DNA of 63,670 nt from Candidatus Calescamantes bacterium (GTDB lineage: Bacteria > CAIJMQ01 > JAADFP01). This document shows, piece by piece, positions 39,279 to 49,275 of this stretch. The notes beneath the pieces were generated by a model. That model was given only the letters and a program-made list of their open reading frames with translations, did not search any database and was not told where the DNA came from. Within the stretch, counting starts at the first letter, position 1; each line of letters opens with the position of its first letter. A program made the translations under genes and the position numbers. The stretch spans positions 1 to 63,670 of the forward strand of contig JAGGYA010000007.1 of assembly GCA_021162785.1 (NCBI GenBank), read 5' to 3'.

Positions 39279-40852
39279 GGATACTGGCTACTGATAATTT
39301 GAAAAAAGAAGGAGTGGAACTTCTTCAAAAAGCGGGTTTTGATGTAGAAGCTACGGGGAAACTTTCTCCTGAAGAGCTGAAGGAAAAGATTAAAGGTGTA
39401 GATGTTTTAATTGTGAGAAGCGGGACAAAAGTCACTCAAGAAGTAATAGAAGCTTCGGATAAGTTGAAAATCATTGGAAGAGCAGGAGTGGGAGTGGATA
39501 ATATTGATATCCCTTCTGCAACAAGAAAAGGAATTGTGGTAATGAATGCTCCCACTGGCAATACTGTTTCTGCAGCGGAACATGCTATTGCTCTTCTCCT
39601 TGCCTTAGCACGCAATATACCCTGGGCACATGCTTCTCTTATTAAAGGAGAATGGGATAGAAAAAGGTTTATGGGGACTGAAGTTTACGGAAAAACCTTA
39701 GGAATAATAGGTCTGGGAAGAGTAGGAACGCATGTAGCCAAATGTGCTTTGGGGTTGGGGATGAAAGTTTTAGGATATGATCCTTTCATTTCCAGAGAAT
39801 CTGCGGAAAGAATTGGGGTAAAGATGGTGGAGTTTGATGAACTTCTTTCTCTTTCCGATTTTATAACCCTCCATGTTCCTCTTACTCCTCATACCCGGCA
39901 TCTCATTGGAGAAAAAGAATTCCAAAAGATGAAGAAAGGGGTGAGGATAATAAATTCTGCAAGAGGAGGGGTGATAGATGAAGAAGCACTTTACAATGCG
40001 ATAAAAGAAGGAATAGTTAAGGGCGCAGCTTTAGATGTTTTTGAAGAAGAACCTCCTAAGGATTGCCCCTTAATTGGTTTGCCAGAAGTAATTGTTACTC
40101 CCCATCTGGGGGCTTCCACCCTGGAAGCACAGTTCAATGTAGCAGTAGAGATAGCTTCCCAGATTGTAGATGCACTTAAAAAAGGGATTTACAGAAATGC
40201 TCTTAATCTACCTGCAATACCTACGGGAGAGTGGAAAGAGATAAGTCCTTATCTTCAGTTGAGTGAGAAACTGGGAACTTTTCTTGGAGAATTATGTGAA
40301 AAGACTGTAAAGGAGATTAGCGTAGAATTTCTCGGGGATTTGGGTGTATCTCAGTATTCAATTTTGGTCTCAGCAGTACTCAAAGGTATGTTAAGCGTGA
40401 TTCTTCCGGGTAGTATAACCTATGTGAATGCACGAATGCTTGCGGAAGAGAGAGGAATAAAGGTGATGGAAAGGGAAAGTAAAAGGGGAGAAGATTTTAC
40501 CTCAGCGATCAGAGTTAAAGTGGTAGAGGAAAAAGGGGAACGCGAGGTTACCGGTGCTCTCTTTGAGAGAAAAATTCCTCGAATAGTAAGTATTGATGGA
40601 TTTGGAGTGGAGGTAGAGCCGGAAGGGAACATACTTCTTTGTTATGGTTTGGATAAACCAGGATTGATAGGGAAAATTGGCAAAATTTTAGGGGATAAGG
40701 GGATAAATATTGCAAGGATGACCTTCTCCAGAAAGAGGAAAGGGGGAGAAGCTATCACTGTCCTGAATGTGGATTCTCCGGTGAGTGAGAGGATAAGAGA
40801 AGAAATAGAGAAACTGGAAGATATTGATAAAGCGGAAGTTATTGTTTTATAA
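39275..40852 (+). CDS. serA: D-3-phosphoglycerate dehydrogenase with C-terminal ACT domain
   Basis: 525 aa; GIIGLGRVG NAD fold, SARGG, HLGAST and a C-terminal ACT domain. Confidence 0.93.
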   Translation: MRILATDNLKKEGVELLQKAGFDVEATGKLSPEELKEKIKGVDVLIVRSGTKVTQEVIEASDKLKIIGRAGVGVDNIDIPSATRKGIVVMNAPTGNTVSAAEHAIALLLALARNIPWAHASLIKGEWDRKRFMGTEVYGKTLGIIGLGRVGTHVAKCALGLGMKVLGYDPFISRESAERIGVKMVEFDELLSLSDFITLHVPLTPHTRHLIGEKEFQKMKKGVRIINSARGGVIDEEALYNAIKEGIVKGAALDVFEEEPPKDCPLIGLPEVIVTPHLGASTLEAQFNVAVEIASQIVDALKKGIYRNALNLPAIPTGEWKEISPYLQLSEKLGTFLGELCEKTVKEISVEFLGDLGVSQYSILVSAVLKGMLSVILPGSITYVNARMLAEERGIKVMERESKRGEDFTSAIRVKVVEEKGEREVTGALFERKIPRIVSIDGFGVEVEPEGNILLCYGLDKPGLIGKIGKILGDKGINIARMTFSRKRKGGEAITVLNVDSPVSERIREEIEKLEDIDKAEVIVL

Positions 40853-40871
40853 ATAAGGTATACTGAAAAAA

Positions 40872-42113
40872 ATGAGTAAAAAGAGACCTAAGATTTACAT
40901 TCTTGATGTCACCAATAGAGACGGAGTTCAAACATCAAGGCTTGGTCTGGCTAAACTTCAGAAAACGATGATCAACCTTTATCTAAACGAAATGGGAATA
41001 TACCAGAGTGAAATAGGATTCCCCTTCACTCGTCACGAGGTGTTTTATATAAATGCAAATGTAGAACTTGCAGAAATGGGTGTTTTGAAACCCATTATTC
41101 TATCTGGGTGGGTGAGAGCAATAAAGAAAGATGTTGAACTTGCTACCACTCTTACTCGTATCAAAAATTTAAATCTTTCCATTTCCACATCTGATCAGAT
41201 GATTAAGGGGAAGTTCAGAGGGAAATATACCCGACAGGATATTATCCGAATGATGACTGAGGCAGTGGATACTGCTAAAGAGCGAGGGATAGAGATAATT
41301 GGAGTGAATGCAGAAGATGCTTCCCGGACGGATATGGATTACCTTATTGAGTTTGCTTTAGCAGCGAAGGAACACGGTGCTCACCGGATAAGGTACTGTG
41401 ATACTCTCGGATATGATTCTCCATTTACCATTTATGAAAGGGTGGCAAGGTTGGCTCGGGAAGTTCAGATCCCTATAGAACTCCACTGCCACAATGATCT
41501 GGGAATGGCAGTTGCCTGCTCTATTGCTGGAGCAAAGGCAGCGGTGGATGAAGGTGTGGATGCATATATTAACACTACTGTAAATGGGATGGGTGAAAGA
41601 GCAGGAAACGCTGATCTTGTTTCAGTTATCCTTGCAGTAAAGAAAGCAAGTGGATTTCATGACAGATACCAGCTGGATGAAAGAGTGGATTTGTCAAAAG
41701 CCTGGAAAATAGCCAAGTATGCTTCCTACGCATTTGGAGTCCCCATTCCCATAAATCAGCCCGGTGTGGGTGCTAATGCTTTTGCTCATGAATCGGGTAT
41801 CCACGCAGATGGAGCTCTAAAAGACTGGAGAAACTATGAACTTTACCACTATGAAGAACTGGGAAGAGGTGAACCAGAGATAATTGAGACAGGAAGGATG
41901 ATAACCGTGGGAGAATATTCTGGAATCAGAGGGTTCCGAAATGTATATGGAAAACTGGAAATTGAATTTAAGGATCAGGAGGAAGCAGTTAAAATTCTGG
42001 AACTTGTTCGGTATGCAAATGTTCATACCCAGAAACCTTTAACTGAAGACGAATTGAGGTTCATAGCAAAATACCCTGAAATAGCCAGAAAGATAATGAC
42101 TGTTCTTCCCTGA
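40872..42113 (+). CDS. Homocitrate / isopropylmalate / citramalate synthase family enzyme (HMGL-like); specificity unresolved
   Basis: 413 aa. DVTNRDGVQ (a variant of DTTLRDGEQ), HCHNDLGMAVA, GERAGNA. No LeuA regulatory domain. Confidence 0.8.
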   Translation: MSKKRPKIYILDVTNRDGVQTSRLGLAKLQKTMINLYLNEMGIYQSEIGFPFTRHEVFYINANVELAEMGVLKPIILSGWVRAIKKDVELATTLTRIKNLNLSISTSDQMIKGKFRGKYTRQDIIRMMTEAVDTAKERGIEIIGVNAEDASRTDMDYLIEFALAAKEHGAHRIRYCDTLGYDSPFTIYERVARLAREVQIPIELHCHNDLGMAVACSIAGAKAAVDEGVDAYINTTVNGMGERAGNADLVSVILAVKKASGFHDRYQLDERVDLSKAWKIAKYASYAFGVPIPINQPGVGANAFAHESGIHADGALKDWRNYELYHYEELGRGEPEIIETGRMITVGEYSGIRGFRNVYGKLEIEFKDQEEAVKILELVRYANVHTQKPLTEDELRFIAKYPEIARKIMTVLP

Positions 42114-42118
42114 GACGG

Positions 42119-43363
42119 ATGGGAAAAACTCTCACTGAGAAAATTCTTTCTCAGAAGATCCAGGAAGAGGTAGAGATTGGGAGAATTTATATTTTCCCTG
42201 TGGACTGGGTCTTTGCCCAGGATGGAACAGGACCTTTAGCTATTAAGGTATTTGAAGAACTCGGAATAAGTTTGCTTTCTTCACCTTCCCGCACTTTATT
42301 CTTTTTAGATCACGCTTCTCCTCCTCCCAGAAGTGAACTGGCAAATTCCCATCATTTAATTCGGAAGTTTGGGGAAAAATTTGGAGCAAAAATATATGAG
42401 GAAGGGGAGGGAATATGCCATCAGTTAATGGTGGAAAACCATGCTTCCCCGGGAGAAATCATTGTGGGAGCAGATTCACACACCTGTACTTCTGGAGCAC
42501 TCACCGCATTTGCTACAGGTATGGGTTCCACAGATATTGCTGTTGCCATGGCACTGGGAAAAGTGTGGATGAAGGTCCCTCCCTCCATAAAGATTATACT
42601 TAAGAATTCACTGAATAACCGAGTTATGGCAAAAGACCTGATTCTCCATATCATAGGTGCTTTAGGAGCCAATGGAGCAACTTACCGAGTGCTTGAGTTT
42701 GCTGGAGAGGGCTTAAAAGCCCTTAACATGGATGACCGTTTCACCATAGCCAATATGTGTGTGGAAGCAGGAGCAAAGACTGGACTTTTCCCAGCAGATG
42801 AGGTGACAAAGGAGTTTTTGGAAAAAATGGGAAGAGGAGAAAAGTATATCTATCTTTTTCCGGATGAGAATGCAGTTTATGAAAGAGAAATCATCATGGA
42901 TCTCAGCGAGATTGAACCCATGGTGGCTTTACCCCATTCCGTGGATAATGTGAGGAAAGTAAAAGAGGTTAAGGGATTAAAGGTGGACCAGGTCTTTATT
43001 GGGACCTGTACAGGCGGGAGGCTCAGCGATTTTAAGATAGCCTGTGAAATCCTTAAAGGGAAGAAGGTAAAATCACGCTTAATCATAGGCCCTGCTTCCC
43101 GCCGGGTTTTCTTAGAAGGGATGAAGGAAGGAGTGTGGGAAATACTGGTGGAGGCAGGAGGAGTGATAATTCCACCTGGTTGTGGCCCCTGTGTAGGGAT
43201 ACATCAGGGAGTATTAGCAGATGGGGAAGTTTGTGTTTCCTCTGCTAACAGGAATTTCAGAGGAAGAATGGGAAACCCTCAAGGTTTGATTTATCTTGCT
43301 TCCCCTGCCACCTGTGCTGCTACTGCACTCACCGGTTATCTCACTGATCCACGGGAGGTTTGA
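42119..43363 (+). CDS. Aconitase-family dehydratase large subunit (LeuC/HacA type)
   Basis: 414 aa. VGADSHT, Fe-S cysteines in GTCTGGR and PGCGPCVG, NRNFRGRMG. Confidence 0.88.
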   Translation: MGKTLTEKILSQKIQEEVEIGRIYIFPVDWVFAQDGTGPLAIKVFEELGISLLSSPSRTLFFLDHASPPPRSELANSHHLIRKFGEKFGAKIYEEGEGICHQLMVENHASPGEIIVGADSHTCTSGALTAFATGMGSTDIAVAMALGKVWMKVPPSIKIILKNSLNNRVMAKDLILHIIGALGANGATYRVLEFAGEGLKALNMDDRFTIANMCVEAGAKTGLFPADEVTKEFLEKMGRGEKYIYLFPDENAVYEREIIMDLSEIEPMVALPHSVDNVRKVKEVKGLKVDQVFIGTCTGGRLSDFKIACEILKGKKVKSRLIIGPASRRVFLEGMKEGVWEILVEAGGVIIPPGCGPCVGIHQGVLADGEVCVSSANRNFRGRMGNPQGLIYLASPATCAATALTGYLTDPREV

Positions 43364-43863
43364 GAATGGCCTGGAGAGGAAAAGTCCACAAGTTTGGTGA
43401 TAACATTTCCACTGATCTCATAATCCCTGGTCGCTATTTTCATCTCAGAGGGAATCTCTCTGAACTGGCAAAGCATGTAATGGAAGATGCTGATCCGGAT
43501 TTTGTGAAAAAGATGAGGAAGGGAGATTTTATTGTAGCAGGAGAAAATTTTGGTTGTGGTTCTTCTCGTGAGCATGCGCCCTGGGTGATTAAGATTGCTG
43601 GAGTGAGGGCAGTTCTTGCAAAATCTTTTGCCCGAATATTTTTCCGGAATGCTATAAATATAGGTCTACCTTTAATTGAATGTGATACTGAGAATTTCAA
43701 GGAGGGAGATGAGATAGAGGTGGATATAGAAAGGGGAGAAGTGAGAAACATAACCCGGGATTTCAAAGTGGCTTTTACCCAGCTCCCACCTTTCTTAAGG
43801 GAGATACTGAACGCAGGGGGATTAAAAGAATACATCCGAAGGAAAAAGGACTTTGAAGGATAA
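43360..43863 (+). CDS. Aconitase-family dehydratase small subunit (LeuD/HacB type)
   Basis: 167 aa; GDNISTDLIIPGRY, GENFGCGSSREHA. Confidence 0.85.
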   Translation: MRMAWRGKVHKFGDNISTDLIIPGRYFHLRGNLSELAKHVMEDADPDFVKKMRKGDFIVAGENFGCGSSREHAPWVIKIAGVRAVLAKSFARIFFRNAINIGLPLIECDTENFKEGDEIEVDIERGEVRNITRDFKVAFTQLPPFLREILNAGGLKEYIRRKKDFEG

Positions 43864-44068
43864 ATTAAAAAGATTTGGCCGAGGGTATCTTGCCTTTGCA
43901 CGAAAAGCAGGAACTCTGCAGGCAAAGGTAGTTTTTTATATTCTTTATTTTCTCTTTTTCCCCATTCTCGTCCTCTTTGTGAGAAGAAAGAGGAAAGAAA
44001 AAAGGAGCAACTGGGTAGTTAAAGGAAAAAGCAGTTTTACCCTGGAAGATTTGAAAAAAGAATACTGA
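43853..44068 (+). CDS. Small membrane protein preceding the carbamoyltransferase (SxtJ-like C-terminal half?)
   Basis: 71 aa. One TM helix (VVFYILYFLFFPILVLFV), then a basic stretch and W..K......LEDLKKEY. Overlaps both neighbours. The family assignment is from memory only. Confidence 0.4.
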   Translation: MKDKLKRFGRGYLAFARKAGTLQAKVVFYILYFLFFPILVLFVRRKRKEKRSNWVVKGKSSFTLEDLKKEY

Positions 44069-45771
44069 TGAATATACTGGGTGTCTCCTGCTATTATCAT
44101 GATTCTGCCTGTTGCCTTTTAAGAGATGGAGATATAGTAGCCTGCGCAGAGGAGGAAAGATTTACCAGAAAAAAGCACGATTATGACTTTCCATCCCATG
44201 CCATAGACTTTTGTTTGAAGAAGGGAGGTATCTCCGGTAAGGACCTTGACTGGGTGGTTTTCTATGAAAAGCCTTTTCTTAAACTGGAAAGAATTTTTGT
44301 AAATCTTATAAATACCTTTCCCCGTTCCCACCGTCTTTTCCCGGAAATACTCTGGGCCTGGATAAAAGAGAAACTCTGGATAAAGATAAGACTTGCCAGG
44401 TATTTAGGAATAGAAGAAGAAAAAATTCTTTTTCTGGAACATCACCTTTCCCATGCAAGTTCCTGTTTTTACCCTTCACCTTTTAAAGAATCTGCTATTC
44501 TCACCGTTGATGGAGTTGGTGAATGGGCAACCTGCACAATGGGAGTGGGCAAGGATAAAGAAATAAAGATTTTGAAGGAGATACACTTCCCCCATTCCCT
44601 TGGTCTTCTTTACTCCACATTCACTGCATTTCTGGGATTCCAGGTAAATGAGGGAGAATACAAGGTTATGGGGATGGCTCCTTACGGCAAGCCACGATAT
44701 CGTGAAAAGATGGATAAACTTGTAAAAGTATATCCCGATGCTTCCTTTGAACTTAACCTTGATTACTTTGCCTATCCCTACTCCCTTACTTATCCCTACT
44801 CCAGAAAATTCATTGAACTATTTGGTGAACCCAGAAAAAGGGAAGAAAGCCATATACTGGATCCTCATTATGCAGACATAGCAGCTACCATACAAAAATT
44901 TACCGAAGAACTCATGCTTAAATTAGCTCACAAACTCTATGAAGAAACTAAACTCCCCAATCTTTGTCTTGCGGGAGGGGTAGCACTAAACTGCGTGGCA
45001 AATGGGAGGATAATAAGGGAAACGCCTTTTAAAAACATATTTGTTCAGCCATCTGCAGGAGATGGTGGGGGAGCAATGGGAGCATGTCTCTATGTTTATC
45101 ATGCACTCCTGGGTGAAGAGAGAAGATTTGTTCTGGAGAATGTTTATCTTGGTGAGGAGTATGGAGAGGAAGAGATAAGGAAAGATCTGGAGGAAGAAGG
45201 AATTGCCTATCATTACTTTGAAAAAGAGGAGGAACTCTTAGAAAAAGTGGTGGATGACCTTTGTGAAGGTAAGGTAGTGGGTTGGTTTCAGGGAAGGTTT
45301 GAATTCGGGCCAAGAGCCCTGGGGAACAGGAGTATCCTTGCTGATCCCAGAAAGAAGGAAATGAAGGAGATAGTTAATCGCAAGGTTAAGTTCCGTGAAC
45401 CTTTCCGACCTTTTGCACCTTCGGTTATTCAGGAAAGGGTTAAGGATTTCTTTGAGGTTGAGGAGTTATATCCCCCTCTCAAATTTATGCTTTTAACTTT
45501 CCCGGTTAAAGAAAGAGAAAGGGAAAATATACCTGCCATAACCCATGTAGATGGGAGTGCAAGACTTCAGGTGGTGAGTGAAAAAGATAATCCTCTTTAC
45601 TGGCGACTCTTAAAGAAATTTGGAGAAAAAACAGGCTATCCCCTCCTACTTAACACTTCTTTTAATCTTAAAGGTGAACCCATTGTGAATACTCCCGGAG
45701 AGGCTATTTCCACCTTTTCCCGCAGTGGATTGGATGTCTTAGTAATGGGGAAATTCTATGTGAAAAAGTAA
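44068..45771 (+). CDS. Carbamoyltransferase (NodU/CmcH family)
   Basis: 567 aa; ILGVSCYYHDSAC, GGVALNCVANG, TSFN..GEPIV. Confidence 0.9.
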   Translation: MNILGVSCYYHDSACCLLRDGDIVACAEEERFTRKKHDYDFPSHAIDFCLKKGGISGKDLDWVVFYEKPFLKLERIFVNLINTFPRSHRLFPEILWAWIKEKLWIKIRLARYLGIEEEKILFLEHHLSHASSCFYPSPFKESAILTVDGVGEWATCTMGVGKDKEIKILKEIHFPHSLGLLYSTFTAFLGFQVNEGEYKVMGMAPYGKPRYREKMDKLVKVYPDASFELNLDYFAYPYSLTYPYSRKFIELFGEPRKREESHILDPHYADIAATIQKFTEELMLKLAHKLYEETKLPNLCLAGGVALNCVANGRIIRETPFKNIFVQPSAGDGGGAMGACLYVYHALLGEERRFVLENVYLGEEYGEEEIRKDLEEEGIAYHYFEKEEELLEKVVDDLCEGKVVGWFQGRFEFGPRALGNRSILADPRKKEMKEIVNRKVKFREPFRPFAPSVIQERVKDFFEVEELYPPLKFMLLTFPVKERERENIPAITHVDGSARLQVVSEKDNPLYWRLLKKFGEKTGYPLLLNTSFNLKGEPIVNTPGEAISTFSRSGLDVLVMGKFYVKK

Positions 45772-46200
45772 CTATTCACCTATAATCTTGATTAGAACCC
45801 TTTTTCTTCTTTTCCCATCAAATTCACCATAAAAAATCTGTTCCCAGGGCCCCAGATCTAACCTCCCATTGGTAATTGCCACCACCACCTCTCTTCCCAT
45901 AATTGTCCTTTTGAGATGACTATCTCCATTGTCTTCCCCGGAAAGGTTGTGCCGATAACTTCTTCCATAGGGTGCGAGTTTCTCCAACCATTCCTTGAAA
46001 TCCTCATGCAGACCGGGTTCATCGTCATTTATGAATACACTGGAGGTAATATGCATTGTATTTACCAGACAGATCCCTTCCTTAACTCCACTTTTTCTTA
46101 CCGCTTCCTCCACCTGAGGCGTGATATTTATGAATTCTATCCGCGTAGGGGTATTGAACCAGAGATACTCAGTGTAGGTTTTCATACTTAATTTTATCAA
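45772..46200 (-). CDS. YjbQ family secondary thiamine-phosphate synthase enzyme (UPF0047)
   Basis: 142 aa; [37 protein letters not shown]. Confidence 0.85.
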   Translation of the reverse strand: MIKLSMKTYTEYLWFNTPTRIEFINITPQVEEAVRKSGVKEGICLVNTMHITSSVFINDDEPGLHEDFKEWLEKLAPYGRSYRHNLSGEDNGDSHLKRTIMGREVVVAITNGRLDLGPWEQIFYGEFDGKRRKRVLIKIIGE

Positions 46201-46276
46201 AATTTAGAGAAAGAAGTTGTCTGATTTACCCCATCTCCTTATTTTTAGGTATAATATGCCTCAAAAAGTAAAAAAT

Positions 46277-48754
46277 ATGGAGAAGTATATACCGGAAAAG
46301 ATAGAGAAAAAGTGGCAGAGGTTCTGGGAGGAGAAGGGATATTTTGAAGTGGACACCCGGGATACCTCCCGGAAATTTTATGCCTTAGTAATGTTCCCTT
46401 ATCCTTCAGGGACTCTTCATGTGGGGCACTGCAGAAACTATATTATTGGTGATGCACTGGTCAGATACAAAAAGATGCAGGGATTCCGTGTCCTGTCCCC
46501 TATGGGATGGGATGCTTTTGGACTTCCTGCAGAGAACGCAGCTATAAAAGAGGGGATCCATCCCTGGGAGTGGACAAGGAAGAATATTCAGGTTCTCAAA
46601 CGACAGCTTCATTCCCTCGGTGCAGGTTATGACTGGAAAAGAGAGATTACTTCATGTCTTCCTGAGTACTACCGCTGGACTCAATGGATTTTCCTGAAAC
46701 TTTTTGAAAAAGGCCTTGCTTACAGAAAAGAAGCCCCGGTTAACTGGTGTCCTTCCTGTAAAACGGTTCTTGCCAATGAACAGGTTGTGGATGGGAAATG
46801 TGAAAGATGCGGTGCAGAAGTGATTATAAAGGAAATGGAACAGTGGTTTCTTAAGATCACCCAATATGCAGAAGAACTCCTTAAAGATTTAGACCTCCTC
46901 CCTAACTGGCCTGAAAAAGTGAAGGTGATGCAGAGAAACTGGATAGGGAAGAGTGAAGGAGTGGAGATATACTTTCGGCTTAAAGATATCCAGTGGGAGA
47001 AAGGGAAAATTCTTCCCGTATTTACCACCCGAGTTGATACTATCTTTGGTGCCACCTATGTGGTGATAGCCCCCCGCCATCCTCTTTTAAAAGAAATTCT
47101 TAAAGCAGTGGATGAGAAGAAGAAAAAAGAAATAGAAGAGTTCCTTAATCGCTGGAGAAGCACAGTTAAGAAAGCAGGTGAGGAGGTGGAGAAGGAAGGG
47201 GTATTTACCGGTGTATATGCAATAAACCCTGTGAATGATGAGGAAATACCTGTCTGGGTGGGGAATTATGTGCTTTACGAATACGGAACAGGAGCTATAA
47301 TGGCTGTTCCAGCCCATGATCAGAGAGATTTTGAATTTGCAAAGAGATATTCACTTCCCATAAGAGTGGTCATCCAGCCTGAAGGAGAAACCCTTGATCC
47401 TTCCACCATGGAATGTGCCTATGAAGAACCGGGAATAATGGTGAATTCTGGTAAATTTTCCGGTTTGAAGAGTGAGGAGGGGAAAAAGAAGATTGCTCTC
47501 TGGATGGAGGAAAAAGGTATTGGGAAGAGGAGCGTATGTTATGCGCTTCGTGACTGGCTGGTATCCCGTCAGAGATACTGGGGAGCACCTATCCCCATAA
47601 TTTATTGTGAGAAGTGTGGAATTGTTCCCGTCCCTGAAAAAGACCTTCCTGTATTACTCCCTCAAAATGTAGAATTCCTCCCCACGGGTGAGTCTCCTCT
47701 AAAATTTGTCCCGGAATTTTTGAATACCACCTGTCCAAAATGCGGAGGGAAAGCGAAAAGAGAAACTGATACACTGGATACATTTGTAGACTCCTCCTGG
47801 TATTATCTCCGTTATGTCTCTCTGGAAAAAGATAAACCCTTTGAACCAGAAGTTGTTAATAAGTGGTTGCCCGTTGACCAATACATTGGGGGAGTGGAAC
47901 ATGCAATTTTACATCTCCTTTACTCCCGGTTTATAACCAAATTTTTAAGAGATATTGGATGGGTGAATTTCCCTGAACCCTTCCAGAATCTTTTCACACA
48001 GGGGATGGTGGTTAAGGATGGAGCAAAGATGTCCAAATCCAAAGGTAATGTAGTAAGTCCTGATGAACTTATTGAGAAGTATGGAGCGGATACTTTAAGG
48101 ACTTACATCCTCTTCATGGGACCACCGGAGAAAGACGTAGAGTGGGATGACCGGGCAATAGAAGGAGAATGGAGATTCCTCAATCGTTACTGGAGGAAGG
48201 CTGAAGAGATAAGAGAATGGGAGATAAAAGAAGGAGAGGTAAAAATAGAAAACCTGAGTGAAGGTGGGAGGAAACTTTTCCGTAGGGTGCATCGTGCTAT
48301 AAAAGAGGTTACCCAGGATATGGAAGATTTTCGATTCAACACTGCTATTGCCAAACTTATGGAACTTCTCAATGATATTTATGCACTTACTCCTAAAAAT
48401 GAGGAAGACAGGAAAGCTTTGAAATTTGCCATTCTAAATCTTACCCTTCTTCTCCATCCCTTTGCCCCCCATGTTACGGAAGAAGTTTGGGAACGCCTGG
48501 GGAATAAACCTTCTATAATGGATCAACTCTGGCCCAGGTATGAGGAAAAATACCTTGCTGAAGAGGAAATCACCGTGGTGGTTCAGGTGAATGGAAAACT
48601 CCGGGGGAAGTTCACTGCTCCCCCTGATGCAGATCAAGACTTCCTTAAAGAGAAAGCCCTTTCCCTCCCTGTGGTGCAGAAATACACAGAAGGGAAGGAA
48701 ATCAAAAGGATCATTGTGGTAAGAAACCGGCTTGTAAATGTGGTGACCGAATGA
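46277..48754 (+). CDS. leuS: Leucyl-tRNA synthetase
   Basis: Start set at ATG 46277, giving MEKYIPEKIEKKWQRFWEE (canonical LeuRS N-terminus). HIGH-type HVGH, KMSKS, and CP1 editing domain. Confidence 0.95.
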   Translation: MEKYIPEKIEKKWQRFWEEKGYFEVDTRDTSRKFYALVMFPYPSGTLHVGHCRNYIIGDALVRYKKMQGFRVLSPMGWDAFGLPAENAAIKEGIHPWEWTRKNIQVLKRQLHSLGAGYDWKREITSCLPEYYRWTQWIFLKLFEKGLAYRKEAPVNWCPSCKTVLANEQVVDGKCERCGAEVIIKEMEQWFLKITQYAEELLKDLDLLPNWPEKVKVMQRNWIGKSEGVEIYFRLKDIQWEKGKILPVFTTRVDTIFGATYVVIAPRHPLLKEILKAVDEKKKKEIEEFLNRWRSTVKKAGEEVEKEGVFTGVYAINPVNDEEIPVWVGNYVLYEYGTGAIMAVPAHDQRDFEFAKRYSLPIRVVIQPEGETLDPSTMECAYEEPGIMVNSGKFSGLKSEEGKKKIALWMEEKGIGKRSVCYALRDWLVSRQRYWGAPIPIIYCEKCGIVPVPEKDLPVLLPQNVEFLPTGESPLKFVPEFLNTTCPKCGGKAKRETDTLDTFVDSSWYYLRYVSLEKDKPFEPEVVNKWLPVDQYIGGVEHAILHLLYSRFITKFLRDIGWVNFPEPFQNLFTQGMVVKDGAKMSKSKGNVVSPDELIEKYGADTLRTYILFMGPPEKDVEWDDRAIEGEWRFLNRYWRKAEEIREWEIKEGEVKIENLSEGGRKLFRRVHRAIKEVTQDMEDFRFNTAIAKLMELLNDIYALTPKNEEDRKALKFAILNLTLLLHPFAPHVTEEVWERLGNKPSIMDQLWPRYEEKYLAEEEITVVVQVNGKLRGKFTAPPDADQDFLKEKALSLPVVQKYTEGKEIKRIIVVRNRLVNVVTE

Positions 48755-49275
48755 AAGGAAAGGGAGGGGTAAGACCTTTAACCTCAAAAATTGAAACTGC
48801 GCTATTTAACATCCTTAAAGGGAGACTGGAAGGTAAAAGTTTCCTTGATCTTTTCGCAGGTACAGGAAGAGCGGGTTTGAGGGCTTTAAAAGAAGGGGCG
48901 GAAAGAGTGGTTTTTGTGGAGAAAGATTTTAAACTTGCCCGAAGCATCGAAGAAAAACTTCATAAGGAAGGATGGGGAGAGAAAGGTAAGGTTATGATAG
49001 GTGAAGTGAGTCAGTGTGTGAAATTGCTTGCCTGGAAAGGGGAGAAATTTGATTTTATTTTCCTTGATCCTCCCTTCGGTTCAGGTCTGGGTGATAAGAC
49101 ACTTTCCCATCCCCAATTTCCTCTCCTTTTCCATCCGGATACCCTGGGTATAATAAGACAGCACTGGAGAGAAGTAAAAGAAGAAATCCCGGGATTTGTG
49201 ATAAAGGAGAGGAAGAGATATGGAGAGACCTGTTTGACCTTTTTTTCTTTAAAGGAGAATGGTGGTTCTCTATAA
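48751..49275 (+). CDS. rsmD: 16S rRNA (guanine966-N2)-methyltransferase RsmD-like
   Basis: 174 aa; RPLTSKIETALFNIL, LDLFAGTG, DPPF. ATGA overlap with leuS. Confidence 0.8.
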   Translation: MKGKGGVRPLTSKIETALFNILKGRLEGKSFLDLFAGTGRAGLRALKEGAERVVFVEKDFKLARSIEEKLHKEGWGEKGKVMIGEVSQCVKLLAWKGEKFDFIFLDPPFGSGLGDKTLSHPQFPLLFHPDTLGIIRQHWREVKEEIPGFVIKERKRYGETCLTFFSLKENGGSL

